Of a DNA stretch of 64,000 nucleotides, positions 47,044 through 55,818 are shown in pieces. Position 1 is the stretch's first letter. Every line of letters starts with the position of its first letter. Both the position numbers and the translations under genes were made by a program. A model generated the notes under the pieces. The model was not told the DNA's origin, ran no database searches, and was given only the letters and a program-made list of their open reading frames with translations. The DNA comes from a virus: IMG/VR virus record IMGVR_UViG_3300028115_000004, positions 32,001 to 96,000 of that record; one strand, 5' to 3'.

Positions 47044-47308
47044 ACCTTATCACGATTTCCGGATGATGACGGATAATGTTATTATCCGTCTGTTTCGAAA
47101 AGAAACGCATGAGGAAGAGTTAATCTGGCATCGTGATCTGAATGATCGTGATGTTCTGGTAGAAGACGGTATCGGTTGGAAGTTCCAACTAGATAACGAG
47201 TTACCTGTCGAATTAAAGATTGGAGACAGGTTTAAAATTCCAAAGATGACATACCATCGTATTATAAAAGGTGATGGTGATCTTCTTTTGAGAATAAAAG
47301 AGATATAA
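47018..47308 (+). CDS. small cupin-like protein
   Basis: ELIWHRD..DR, GWKFQLDNELP, IPK..YHRIIKG. Confidence 0.6.
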   Translation: MVADRSSGKPYHDFRMMTDNVIIRLFRKETHEEELIWHRDLNDRDVLVEDGIGWKFQLDNELPVELKIGDRFKIPKMTYHRIIKGDGDLLLRIKEI

Positions 47309-47311
47309 ATA
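47304..47311 (+). promoter_or_regulatory. late promoter
   Basis: TATAAATA. Confidence 0.7.
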
Positions 47312-47341
47312 GTAGAAGTACTTTATTCCAATGGGACTATT

Positions 47342-47623
47342 ATGGCAGATACACAGGTAAAACGGTTAGACCGGATCGAAGAGAAAATCGACAAGCTCGC
47401 TGATGCTATGGTCACTCTTGCTCGGACAGAAGAAAAGATTCTGTCTATTGAGAAGGAGAATCATAATCATTTTGAGAGGATGAATCGATTCTCCGAGAAG
47501 TTAGATACTCTTCAGCGGACTGTGGACGATAATGCCAGAACGGTTTTGTTGATTAATAGAATTACTGTAATCGTGGGTACTGGTGTAATCGGTGCCTTAA
47601 TTAAATTTTTCTGGTTCATGTAA
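47342..47623 (+). CDS. coiled-coil protein with C-terminal TM (XhlA/holin-like)
   Basis: RLDRIEEKIDKL; C-terminal TM. Confidence 0.55.
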   Translation: MADTQVKRLDRIEEKIDKLADAMVTLARTEEKILSIEKENHNHFERMNRFSEKLDTLQRTVDDNARTVLLINRITVIVGTGVIGALIKFFWFM

Positions 47624-47635
47624 CGGAGACCTAAG

Positions 47636-48328
47636 ATGAATACAAAAGACATCAAAAAAATGATGGAGGCATATCTTGAGGTTGTCTCCGAGAAGAAACA
47701 CGCTAAGGAGTCTAAAGAAGAATGTCCTAAGTGTGAAGGCGAAGGGTGCGATCACTGCGATGGTAAAGGTTACCATGAAGTAGAAGAAGCCACCAAAAAA
47801 GAAAAGAAAGAACTTGATCCTGTAAACGACAAAGAGAACGACAAGCCGTTCGCAAAGCGTAAGGACAAGGACATCGACAATGACGGTGACGTAGACGGTT
47901 CTGACGAATACCTCCACAAGAAGCGTGCTGCAACCGACGATGCAATTGACGGTGGCGACAAGCCTGCCGACGATGGCGGTGATGACGAAAAAGACGACAA
48001 GAAGAAAAAGACTTCTGCAAACGTCAAAGGTAAGACCGCTGAAATTTCTAAGATTGGTGAGAAGACAACGACTAAAGAAGACGTTGATGCACTTATCTCT
48101 GCAATGGAAGAAGCTGCAAACCCCAAGAAGGGTGCAACTCCTCCCGAAGGTTTGACCGACAAAGAGTCTCCTAAGTCTAAGGAGTTCATGGCGAAACACA
48201 CCGTGGACAAGAAAGACCATGACGAAATGGAGAAGATCGAAGAACCTAAAGAACGTAAAGTGAAGAAAGAGATGAAGGAATTCGAAGTTATTCGTGCACT
48301 TCTCTCTGGTAATCCCACAGGAGAATAA
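47636..48328 (+). CDS. highly charged protein with CxxC repeats and DxDxDG motif
   Basis: CPKCEGEGCDHCDGKG; DIDNDGDVD..DEYLH.KR. Confidence 0.65.
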   Translation: MNTKDIKKMMEAYLEVVSEKKHAKESKEECPKCEGEGCDHCDGKGYHEVEEATKKEKKELDPVNDKENDKPFAKRKDKDIDNDGDVDGSDEYLHKKRAATDDAIDGGDKPADDGGDDEKDDKKKKTSANVKGKTAEISKIGEKTTTKEDVDALISAMEEAANPKKGATPPEGLTDKESPKSKEFMAKHTVDKKDHDEMEKIEEPKERKVKKEMKEFEVIRALLSGNPTGE

Positions 48329-48329
48329 T

Positions 48330-48632
48330 ATGTCATTGACACCTCCCACATGGTGTTCGGATGCAGTACCCACTCGTAAAGGGTGGGTCGATCCTAGAAC
48401 TGGTGAGCTATTAAAGGCACAACGCATTTCAGACGTTGATCTACAGGAGACACGTGATATGGTTAACGAACAAGTGGTACACTCAGCACCTCAGATGTTG
48501 CATGAAGCGCCTGTAGGTAATAAGAGTTTAGAGGATATGACCAAGGCAGAATTGATTGCCTTGGCAGAACAGACTGGTGTTATGGTAAGTCGTTCGGATA
48601 CGAAAGGTGTGTTGGTGGAGAAACTTTCGTAA
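48330..48632 (+). CDS. protein with C-terminal Rho-N/HeH-like domain
   Basis: PP.W...AVPT.KGW.DPRTGELL; LEDMTKAEL..LA...GV. Confidence 0.6.
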   Translation: MSLTPPTWCSDAVPTRKGWVDPRTGELLKAQRISDVDLQETRDMVNEQVVHSAPQMLHEAPVGNKSLEDMTKAELIALAEQTGVMVSRSDTKGVLVEKLS

Positions 48633-48682
48633 TTATCCTATATAAAGGGGTAAACTAGGTATTTTATCCCTTAAGGTATATA

Positions 48683-49051
48683 ATGGAAATCACACAAAAG
48701 AATTTAATGATCTTCGCTGCGAAGCATTACTACACACCCAAGTGTATCGACAGTGAACAGTTTTTTGAAGACCTGAAACGATTCAAGTATGTCAAACGAC
48801 TTTTGAACCGTTACAGAGAAAGTGGAGAACTCAGTGAGAGGTTGATTCTGAACCATCTCATAGTTATCTTCAACGTGTTCGGTTATCCCGCTGGACTGAA
48901 GATACTTGAGTTCAAAGTACAAGAAGAAGAACACTGGGGAGTACTGAAACCGTTTCTGATATTTCTAAAAGCCATCGACGAATATGGTTATCCTGAAGTA
49001 GAAATGGACGGACTCGCAGTCGAACGGTTAAGAGAGATCAAAGGACAATAA
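48683..49051 (+). CDS. conserved T4-like hypothetical protein
   Basis: FAAKHY..P, F.EDLKRFKYVKRL..RY...GEL.ERLILNHLIV.FNVFG. Confidence 0.75.
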   Translation: MEITQKNLMIFAAKHYYTPKCIDSEQFFEDLKRFKYVKRLLNRYRESGELSERLILNHLIVIFNVFGYPAGLKILEFKVQEEEHWGVLKPFLIFLKAIDEYGYPEVEMDGLAVERLREIKGQ

Positions 49052-49052
49052 T

Positions 49053-49646
49053 ATGGGATTGCTTAAAAGTGCTGCGGATGTTGTCTACACGATCCGATTT
49101 CTAAAACTTCTTGTAACACCAATAGAAGACACCGAAGCATACAAGTTAGGTATCATCGATGAGAAGGGTAAAAGACGCAAGGACTTCGACGACAACACAA
49201 TGGAAAATCGTGAGGCCTTGCGAGACAACTACACTGCATTCCACAGACTTGTCTACAACATCAAGAAACTCATGGCAAAGGCGCCTGGCGGAAGTTCTCG
49301 CCTCGCATCCTATGCAGCTGCGTTATACCTTATCAAGGAACACGGAAACCTAGACGACAAGGGTCTAGAGAAAATCCATAAACAAACAGGCATCGATAGT
49401 CTTGACATGCTCGCTGAGGAAACGAAGTGGTACATGTTGAGAAACGATGAACTGTCGCCTGGCGTCTACAGGATGAAGAATCCTACGATGACCGCAAACT
49501 ATGCCGATGTGGTCGAGTCAGGTGATCAAGTGAGAATCGTTGACGGTAATCCGATCAACGAAGTTTTTGGAATAAAAATCTATCAGGCATCCCATCTGAA
49601 GTCTCAACAAAGTCTATATATTACTACCGGAGAAATAACGAAGTGA
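49053..49646 (+). CDS. conserved T4-like hypothetical protein
   Basis: YT.RFLKLL.TP, AYKLGIIDE.G, YT.FHRLVYNIK, SYAAALYLIKE. Confidence 0.75.
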   Translation: MGLLKSAADVVYTIRFLKLLVTPIEDTEAYKLGIIDEKGKRRKDFDDNTMENREALRDNYTAFHRLVYNIKKLMAKAPGGSSRLASYAAALYLIKEHGNLDDKGLEKIHKQTGIDSLDMLAEETKWYMLRNDELSPGVYRMKNPTMTANYADVVESGDQVRIVDGNPINEVFGIKIYQASHLKSQQSLYITTGEITK

Positions 49647-49849
49647 AGTCTTTCAGTAAGTTCTACGAAGAAATGACTGGAACCAGTGCCGTACCTGGCG
49701 CTGGAGATGACTCTTCTACCGTTGTTGTTCGGAAGAAGCCTGCTGTCCGCAAGAGAAAAGAGTGGTCAGACAAGTATAAGAAATCTATAGACTGTGACAG
49801 CCCTAAAGGGTTTAGTCAGAAAGCACACTGTGCTGGGAGAGACAAATGA
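49643..49849 (+). CDS. small putative internal protein
   Basis: MKSFSKFYEE; WSDKYKKSIDC..PKGFSQKAHCAGR. Confidence 0.6.
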   Translation: MKSFSKFYEEMTGTSAVPGAGDDSSTVVVRKKPAVRKRKEWSDKYKKSIDCDSPKGFSQKAHCAGRDK

Positions 49850-49882
49850 CAACACTCATTCATCAAAACGACAATTCCCTTC

Positions 49883-49912
49883 TTGACATACCCGCTTTAA
49901 CACTGTTATAAT
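49883..49912 (+). promoter_or_regulatory. sigma70 promoter for the nrd operon
   Basis: TTGACA-N18-TATAAT. Confidence 0.7.
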
Positions 49913-49934
49913 TACTCCCACTTAAGGAGTAGTT

Positions 49935-50279
49935 ATGTCAACCCAAAACTTAGAATACGGTTATATCCTCGTTGTCTTCGACGGAGATGAGGACGTGTCT
50001 TGTATACATGAAATTCAAGACAAACATGAAAAAGATAAGTTAATTTACGTGGCCCGAAAGGGCACAACAGATAAATACCTCCACCCCGATAGATTCGTGG
50101 TGGAGAATTATGAGACCCCGATGACTTCTCACTTTCTATGGAATGGGAAAATCCTACCAGAAGAAGAGGATGAGTACATACTTGAGTTAGCTCTCAAGTT
50201 TCGTGACACCGGAAAACAAATCTACATAGAAGAGTATGAGTTCAATTCTTCAGAACCCTTCTATGACTACAGCAAATAA
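49935..50279 (+). CDS. hypothetical protein
   Basis: ORF with AAGGAG SD. Confidence 0.6.
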   Translation: MSTQNLEYGYILVVFDGDEDVSCIHEIQDKHEKDKLIYVARKGTTDKYLHPDRFVVENYETPMTSHFLWNGKILPEEEDEYILELALKFRDTGKQIYIEEYEFNSSEPFYDYSK

Positions 50280-50291
50280 TATGGGACAACA

Positions 50292-52277
50292 ATGATTAAG
50301 ATTGATAAGAGCAAGGATGCCCTACTCGCAGACTATGCGGTGGGCATGTTAAAGGATTTTTACCTCAACGAACATGAGAATAGTCCCCAAGAGGGATACA
50401 GACGTGCGGCAACCGCATGGTCGAGATATAAGGATGAACTTGATGAAGACCTCGCACAGCGTCTTTATGACTATGTTAGTAATAAGTGGTTTATGTTTGC
50501 TTCTCCAGTATTATCTAACGCACCGAATGGACACGGCAAAGGAAAGGGAATGCCCATTTCTTGTTTCCTTACATACGTCCCTGATACTTTGGAAGGTCTC
50601 ATTGACCATAGTTCTGAGTTACGTTGGCTTAGTGTTTATGGCGGGGGTGTCGGGGGTCATTGGTCTGACGTGCGAACCGTGTCTGACATTGCTCCAGGCC
50701 CAATTCCGTTTCTACACACCGTAGACGCAGACATGATTGCGTACCGACAGGGTAAGACTCGTAAGGGTTCTTACGCTGCGTACATGGACGTGTCTCATCC
50801 AGATATTGTAGAGTTTCTTAACATCCGTATTCCTACGGGGGACGTGCAACGTAAGGCATTGAACCTCCACAACGCAATCAACATCACCGATGAGTTCATG
50901 ACTGCGGTGACAGAGAATAAAGATTTTGATCTGCGTGACCCCAAGGGCGGTAAGGTTAAGGAAAGTATTAACGCACGTAAACTCTGGGAACGTATTATTG
51001 AAGTTCGATTCCGTACAGGTGAACCATACCTGAACTTTATCGATACTGCCAACCATGCGTTACCTCAAAAATTGAAAGACTTGGGTCTAAAGATTCATGG
51101 GTCTAATCTGTGTAATGAAATTCATTTACCGACAGGCCCTGATCGTACCGCCGTTTGTTGTCTGTCCTCATTAAATCTAGAGTACTACGATGAATGGAAA
51201 GATACGACTATTGTCCGTGATCTTGTGCGTATGCTCGATAACGTCTTGCAGTACTTTATCGACGAAGCACCGGACACGATCACCCGTGCTAAGTATAGCG
51301 CAATGCGAGAACGTTCCATTGGTTTGGGCGCAATGGGATTCCACTCTCTCCTCCAAAAACATGGGGTGGCTTGGGAATCTTCTACAGCAGTTGAAATCAA
51401 CACCGTGGTGTTTAACCATATCAAACAAGAAGCAGTACGAGAAACCGAAGCCCTTGCAATTGAAAGGGGAGAGTATCCCGATGGAGAAGGAACGGGTAGA
51501 CGCAACTCACACTTGCTTGCTATCGCCCCCAATGCGTCCAGTGGTGTTATCCTGTCCACCTCGCCCTCTATCGAACCCATGAAGGCAAATGCGTATACGC
51601 ATCGAACCCGATCAGGAAGTTTCTTGGTAAAAAACAAACATTTGAAACAATTACTTACCGAACGGGAAATGGACAATGACTCTACTTGGACATCAATTAT
51701 CACCAACAAGGGGTCGGTACAACATCTACCTTTCCTCACTGAAGGTGAGAAGGCGGTGTTCAAGACTGCACAGGAACTAGATCAGAATTGGGTGGTTACT
51801 CACGCTGCGGATAGACAACCTTACATTTGTCAGGGACAATCGGTAAATCTATTCTTCCCCTCTGGTGCATCCAAGTCTTATGTCAACAAGGTACACTTGA
51901 GGGCATGGAGAGATGGATTGAAGGGACTGTACTATCTACGTACCGAAGCGAAGTCTCGTGCAGAGAACGTATCGGAGAAGGTGGAACGAGTCGCACTTCA
52001 GGATGACAACCGTAGTATTGTCTATGGTAAAAAGAACTGTCCCTATTGCCAACTGGCGAAGGATGAGTTAACATTGCGAGGCATTCCGTTCGATTACATC
52101 GATCTGGAAGAACTTGGTAAGACGGCTGCAGAAGTGACTGGTCGTAAGGTCAAGTCTGTACCGCAAATTTACATCGAAGGTAATTACATTGGTGGGTATG
52201 ATGAACTCATTGCGTTCATGAACAAAACCATTTTAGACACTTCAGAAGATAATGAATGTAGAGCCTGCGAGGGTTAA
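50292..52277 (+). CDS. nrdA: class I ribonucleotide reductase alpha subunit with inserted glutaredoxin domain
   Basis: ISCF, GSNLCNEI, APNASS, GLYYLR; then YGKKNCPYC...SVPQIYI....IGGYDEL; C-terminal CRACEG; no ATP cone. Confidence 0.95.
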   Translation: MIKIDKSKDALLADYAVGMLKDFYLNEHENSPQEGYRRAATAWSRYKDELDEDLAQRLYDYVSNKWFMFASPVLSNAPNGHGKGKGMPISCFLTYVPDTLEGLIDHSSELRWLSVYGGGVGGHWSDVRTVSDIAPGPIPFLHTVDADMIAYRQGKTRKGSYAAYMDVSHPDIVEFLNIRIPTGDVQRKALNLHNAINITDEFMTAVTENKDFDLRDPKGGKVKESINARKLWERIIEVRFRTGEPYLNFIDTANHALPQKLKDLGLKIHGSNLCNEIHLPTGPDRTAVCCLSSLNLEYYDEWKDTTIVRDLVRMLDNVLQYFIDEAPDTITRAKYSAMRERSIGLGAMGFHSLLQKHGVAWESSTAVEINTVVFNHIKQEAVRETEALAIERGEYPDGEGTGRRNSHLLAIAPNASSGVILSTSPSIEPMKANAYTHRTRSGSFLVKNKHLKQLLTEREMDNDSTWTSIITNKGSVQHLPFLTEGEKAVFKTAQELDQNWVVTHAADRQPYICQGQSVNLFFPSGASKSYVNKVHLRAWRDGLKGLYYLRTEAKSRAENVSEKVERVALQDDNRSIVYGKKNCPYCQLAKDELTLRGIPFDYIDLEELGKTAAEVTGRKVKSVPQIYIEGNYIGGYDELIAFMNKTILDTSEDNECRACEG

Positions 52278-52287
52278 GGAGAATAAA

Positions 52288-53283
52288 TTGTCGTTGTTAG
52301 ATTTTAGCACAACATACAAACCGTTCAAGTACCCTTGGGCGGTAGAACTATCGAAGAAACACGAAGAGATTCATTGGATCGAAGATGAGGCAGAACTGTC
52401 CGAAGACGTACAGGACTGGCGAACCAAACTGACCGCTGATGAGAAAGAGTTCATCACTCAGGTACTCCGTCTGTTTACTCAGTCGGACGTACAGGTGGGT
52501 GAGAACTATCATGAGTTGTTGATTCCTAAGTTTAAGAATAACGAGGTACGCAACATGTTGTCCTCGTTTGCCGGTCGAGAGGCCGTGCACCAACGTGCGT
52601 ATGCACTGTTGAATGATACCCTTGGTCTACCCGATGAAGAGTATCACAAATTCCTTGAGTACAAGGAGATGGCTGACAAGGTTGAATTCATGAAAGAGGG
52701 TGACACATCCTCACATACGGGTCTTGCCCTTGCACTTGCACAGTCTGTGTTTAACGAGGGTATGAGTCTGTTCTCTTCCTTTGTGATGCTTCTCAACTTC
52801 CAACGTTTCGGTAAGATGAAGGGTATGGGTACAATCGTTGAGTGGTCTATCCGAGATGAGTCAATGCACGTTCAAGGCAATGCTAAACTGTTTCGAGCAT
52901 TTTGCGAAGAACATCCTCGTATCGTCAATGACGAACTCAAGTCTAAGATTTACGAGATGGCCAAGACTGCAGTTGAATTGGAAGACAAGTTTATCAATCT
53001 TGCGTTCAAGGGTAATGAAGTACAGGGTCTCACTAAAGAAGAAGTACGCAAGTACATTCGACACATTGCTGACAGACGTTTGCTTCAACTTGGTATGAAA
53101 ACAAAATTCCGTCAGAAGGACAATCCACTACCATGGCTGGATTGGGTACTGAACGGTGCATCACATGACAACTTCTTCGAAAAACGAGTCACTGAATATT
53201 CCGTAGTGGGTATGGAAGGAGACTGGGGTTGGGAAGAAGAACCTGAAGTCTGTGGACTAGACGGAAGAGGTTGCGCTGCATGA
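52288..53283 (+). CDS. nrdB: ribonucleotide reductase beta subunit
   Basis: FTQSD, REAVHQRAY, NEG..LFSSF, RDESMH, NFFEKRVTEY. Confidence 0.95.
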   Translation: MSLLDFSTTYKPFKYPWAVELSKKHEEIHWIEDEAELSEDVQDWRTKLTADEKEFITQVLRLFTQSDVQVGENYHELLIPKFKNNEVRNMLSSFAGREAVHQRAYALLNDTLGLPDEEYHKFLEYKEMADKVEFMKEGDTSSHTGLALALAQSVFNEGMSLFSSFVMLLNFQRFGKMKGMGTIVEWSIRDESMHVQGNAKLFRAFCEEHPRIVNDELKSKIYEMAKTAVELEDKFINLAFKGNEVQGLTKEEVRKYIRHIADRRLLQLGMKTKFRQKDNPLPWLDWVLNGASHDNFFEKRVTEYSVVGMEGDWGWEEEPEVCGLDGRGCAA

Positions 53284-53435
53284 CAGAACAGTTTTACTAC
53301 GAAATGGAATGTGTTGTTTGCGACACGGTGGTGAAGCTGATTTGTAACTACGAAGATGATGATCCAATCCATTGCCCTATGTGTGGTACAGAGGCAGAGG
53401 TTACCTACTTAGGAGATAGTGACGCATATACATAA
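53280..53435 (+). CDS. small zinc-ribbon protein (51 aa)
   Basis: Manually read ORF with CVVC...CPMCG; ATGA overlap with nrdB. Confidence 0.6.
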   Translation: MTEQFYYEMECVVCDTVVKLICNYEDDDPIHCPMCGTEAEVTYLGDSDAYT

Positions 53436-53439
53436 GTGT

Positions 53440-53868
53440 ATGTGGAACTATAGAAACCTACCATTCGAACCAAGCGAAGACGAACTCAGCGAATACGTTG
53501 GGTTCGTCTATTGCATTACAGAACTAGACACCGGCAAGAAATACATCGGTAAGAAGTTCTTCTGGTCTACTCGCAAACTCCCTCCCCTTAAGGGCCAGAA
53601 ACGCAAGCGCACAGTCAAGAAACAGTCTGACTGGAAAGACTACTACGGTTCTTCAGAACAATTAAAACTTCTTGTGGAAACAAAGGGCGGTGACGCATAT
53701 CACCGTGAGATACTTCGTCTCTGCAAAACCAAAGGTGAGTGTTCGTACTACGAAGCGAAAGAACAATTTGATCGTGATGTCTTGTTATCAGATCGATACT
53801 ACAATGAGTTTATAGGATGTAAGATTCATGCGAAACATATTAAGGAGAAGTTAATTGATAACACGTAA
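53440..53868 (+). CDS. denA: GIY-YIG nuclease, T4 endonuclease II-like
   Basis: GFVYCIT...GKKYIGKK, SDWKDYYGSS, REILRLC, YYNE.I; follows nrdB as in T4. Confidence 0.75.
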   Translation: MWNYRNLPFEPSEDELSEYVGFVYCITELDTGKKYIGKKFFWSTRKLPPLKGQKRKRTVKKQSDWKDYYGSSEQLKLLVETKGGDAYHREILRLCKTKGECSYYEAKEQFDRDVLLSDRYYNEFIGCKIHAKHIKEKLIDNT

Positions 53869-55075
53869 AATTATTAATCCTAATATCCTGTATGATACAA
53901 AGTATACAGCGGATCACATCTATTCTTTGATCAACCGTTGGAAACAACTGTTGTATCGTAACAAGGCACAGAAGGGTGACCTTGTTGCTATCGGTATTCT
54001 TAACGTCAACGTGTGGCACGTCTCCGCACTTATCGCCTGTGCAGAGTTGGGTCTGCGAGTTATACTATTGGACGCCCCTGCGAAAAAGGAGACATTACCC
54101 TTCACCAAACTCGCCAGGCACGGGCCTGCGAGGTTTTACATTGACGATGGTAGTGGACGTACCCTCTACGATGGACTACACCAACTCATGCTCAGTCGAT
54201 ATGGTGGTATGCAACTCACCTGTCAGATGGCCGCAAACTGGGATGATACAGATATCCAACCTTGGGAAATAGAACCATATACACCTTTCCTTGTTTCTAG
54301 TACAAGTGGTTCAACTTCATTCTCCCAACCGATTCAGTTCACCCATAAAGAGGTTGCGGAAATTTCGGAACGTAACATCGGAATATTCGGATTCGAACCT
54401 GAGAGTGTGGTTCTGCACACCAAGAACATGCACCATGCGAGTGCCATGTTGACTGACCTGTTGCCCTCTCTCATGGTGTCGGAGAAACATTACTCCTATA
54501 CCCTTGCGGATCGCAACGACTGGCATCCCATCACGGCTGTGGCATTCCACAAGATGATTGATGCTCATGGTGTCGATAGGATGATTGTACCTAATGTAGA
54601 TGTCCTGAACTGGTTATTGGAAGACGCCCCTCCGTTTAGAAAGACTGTACGGATGAACATGTCTGGATTCTGTCTGGGGCCTATGTTCAACGATCTCTGT
54701 CGGAAACACAACATAGAGTTCCTGCAACACTATGGGTCTATCGATACTGCGATTCCCCTCATGACTAGACTGGTCACTGCGGACTCAGAACCCGAAGATG
54801 ATTGTCTGGGAACCTTGCCAGATGACCAGTGGGATGTTACAATGAGTGAAACCTCTAGGTACTTAATGGTACGAGTTCGGGGTAGAGAACAGTGGAAGAA
54901 CATAGGAGATATTGTGAAGTTCCGAAATGAGAAGTATTACCATTTAGGAAGGACTAGCGAGAGTCCCTTGGATATTCCGGAAGACCTTGATTTGACTCCA
55001 TTTTTTCAGGATACCAAGTTGAACATGGATCAACTGCGGGCCTACATCCACCTAAAAAAAGTTGAAAAAAGTTAA
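53855..55075 (+). CDS. ANL-superfamily AMP-binding enzyme-like protein lacking the C-terminal subdomain
   Basis: A3-like STSGSTS, HYGSID, IGD......Y.HLGR. Confidence 0.65.
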   Translation: MITRKIINPNILYDTKYTADHIYSLINRWKQLLYRNKAQKGDLVAIGILNVNVWHVSALIACAELGLRVILLDAPAKKETLPFTKLARHGPARFYIDDGSGRTLYDGLHQLMLSRYGGMQLTCQMAANWDDTDIQPWEIEPYTPFLVSSTSGSTSFSQPIQFTHKEVAEISERNIGIFGFEPESVVLHTKNMHHASAMLTDLLPSLMVSEKHYSYTLADRNDWHPITAVAFHKMIDAHGVDRMIVPNVDVLNWLLEDAPPFRKTVRMNMSGFCLGPMFNDLCRKHNIEFLQHYGSIDTAIPLMTRLVTADSEPEDDCLGTLPDDQWDVTMSETSRYLMVRVRGREQWKNIGDIVKFRNEKYYHLGRTSESPLDIPEDLDLTPFFQDTKLNMDQLRAYIHLKKVEKS

Positions 55076-55125
55076 AAAAAACGCTTGACATTAGCCCCAA
55101 CCTATGCGATAATTACCCTGTAATG
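55054..55125 (+). promoter_or_regulatory. early promoter with A-tracts and ATTAC-CCT-GTAAT palindrome
   Basis: TTGACA(55085)-N17-GATAAT plus palindrome. Confidence 0.8.
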
Positions 55126-55153
55126 TTGTTTTGAGATAGAGGATTAGGAGGTC

Positions 55154-55294
55154 ATGAAAGATTTAGTTTACTACTTGAAGGTCGAAAATGAGATACTCTA
55201 CGAGTTAGTCTTCGAAAGTGAAGAGGCTGCAATAGAGTTCGCTGAAAAGAGTGCCTACAAGGATTACGAAGTTGTGGAGTGGGATTGTGCCTAG
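55154..55294 (+). CDS. small early protein (46 aa)
   Basis: Manually read ORF with AGGAGG SD: MKDLVYYLKVENEILYELVFESEEAAIEFAEK... Confidence 0.6.
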   Translation: MKDLVYYLKVENEILYELVFESEEAAIEFAEKSAYKDYEVVEWDCA

Positions 55295-55472
55295 AGAGAA
55301 GAAAGAGTACTATATCGCATTGGTTAGTATCTCACCGTACTATGAGAAGATTCTGACTGATAAGAAATACACGTTCAGTGAGTTTGTTGACGTTGGTCGG
55401 GACTTATTGAAACAAGAAGAGTACGAAGGTTTTGATACCTTCAGAGTCTACCATAAGGATGAGTTACCGTAA
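55287..55472 (+). CDS. small hypothetical protein
   Basis: ORF track frame; GTG start inferred. Confidence 0.5.
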   Translation: MPREKKEYYIALVSISPYYEKILTDKKYTFSEFVDVGRDLLKQEEYEGFDTFRVYHKDELP

Positions 55473-55741
55473 TGATTAGGATTGCATTGGGTTTTTTGAT
55501 TACGTTGGGTGCGGTAGGTCGAGAGGACTTCTATTCTGAGTGTCTCATGGCCACAGACTGTGTGGCTGGTGACCCTCCCCATTTGGTCGTGACTGCACTG
55601 ATTGCCCTGTTTGGATTGGGTCTCACGTTCTGGGGTGTCTGGGACAACCGTGACAAATTTGACGAAATGGCTGATATGGAGATGCCCCTACACCTACGAA
55701 AAGGTTATAAGAAAGGCGCCACTAAGAACAAAAAAATCTAA
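55472..55741 (+). CDS. small two-TM membrane protein
   Basis: MIRIALGFLITLGAVG...second TM. Confidence 0.6.
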   Translation: MIRIALGFLITLGAVGREDFYSECLMATDCVAGDPPHLVVTALIALFGLGLTFWGVWDNRDKFDEMADMEMPLHLRKGYKKGATKNKKI

Positions 55742-55800
55742 AAAAAAGTGAAAAAAAGTGTTGCCTTCCTCGCCCCATATGATATAATTACTACGTAAAT
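55740..55800 (+). promoter_or_regulatory. early promoter with variant palindrome TTAC-TAC-GTAA
   Basis: A-tracts, TTGCCT-N16-TATAAT, AATTAC TAC GTAAAT. Confidence 0.7.
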
Positions 55801-55818
55801 TGATGAGAGGACTTGATT

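Noticed and set aside
47597-48427. Long minus-strand ORFs (also 13381, 18953, 28045, 51185)
   Set aside because: Shadows of well-supported + strand genes, with no SD or promoter and biased composition.
53440-53868. Mobile GIY-YIG homing endonuclease
   Set aside because: Short, with no NUMOD DNA-binding tail, and in the denA position after nrdB.
53855-55075. NRPS/PKS cluster
   Set aside because: No carrier, condensation or PPTase domains in the window.
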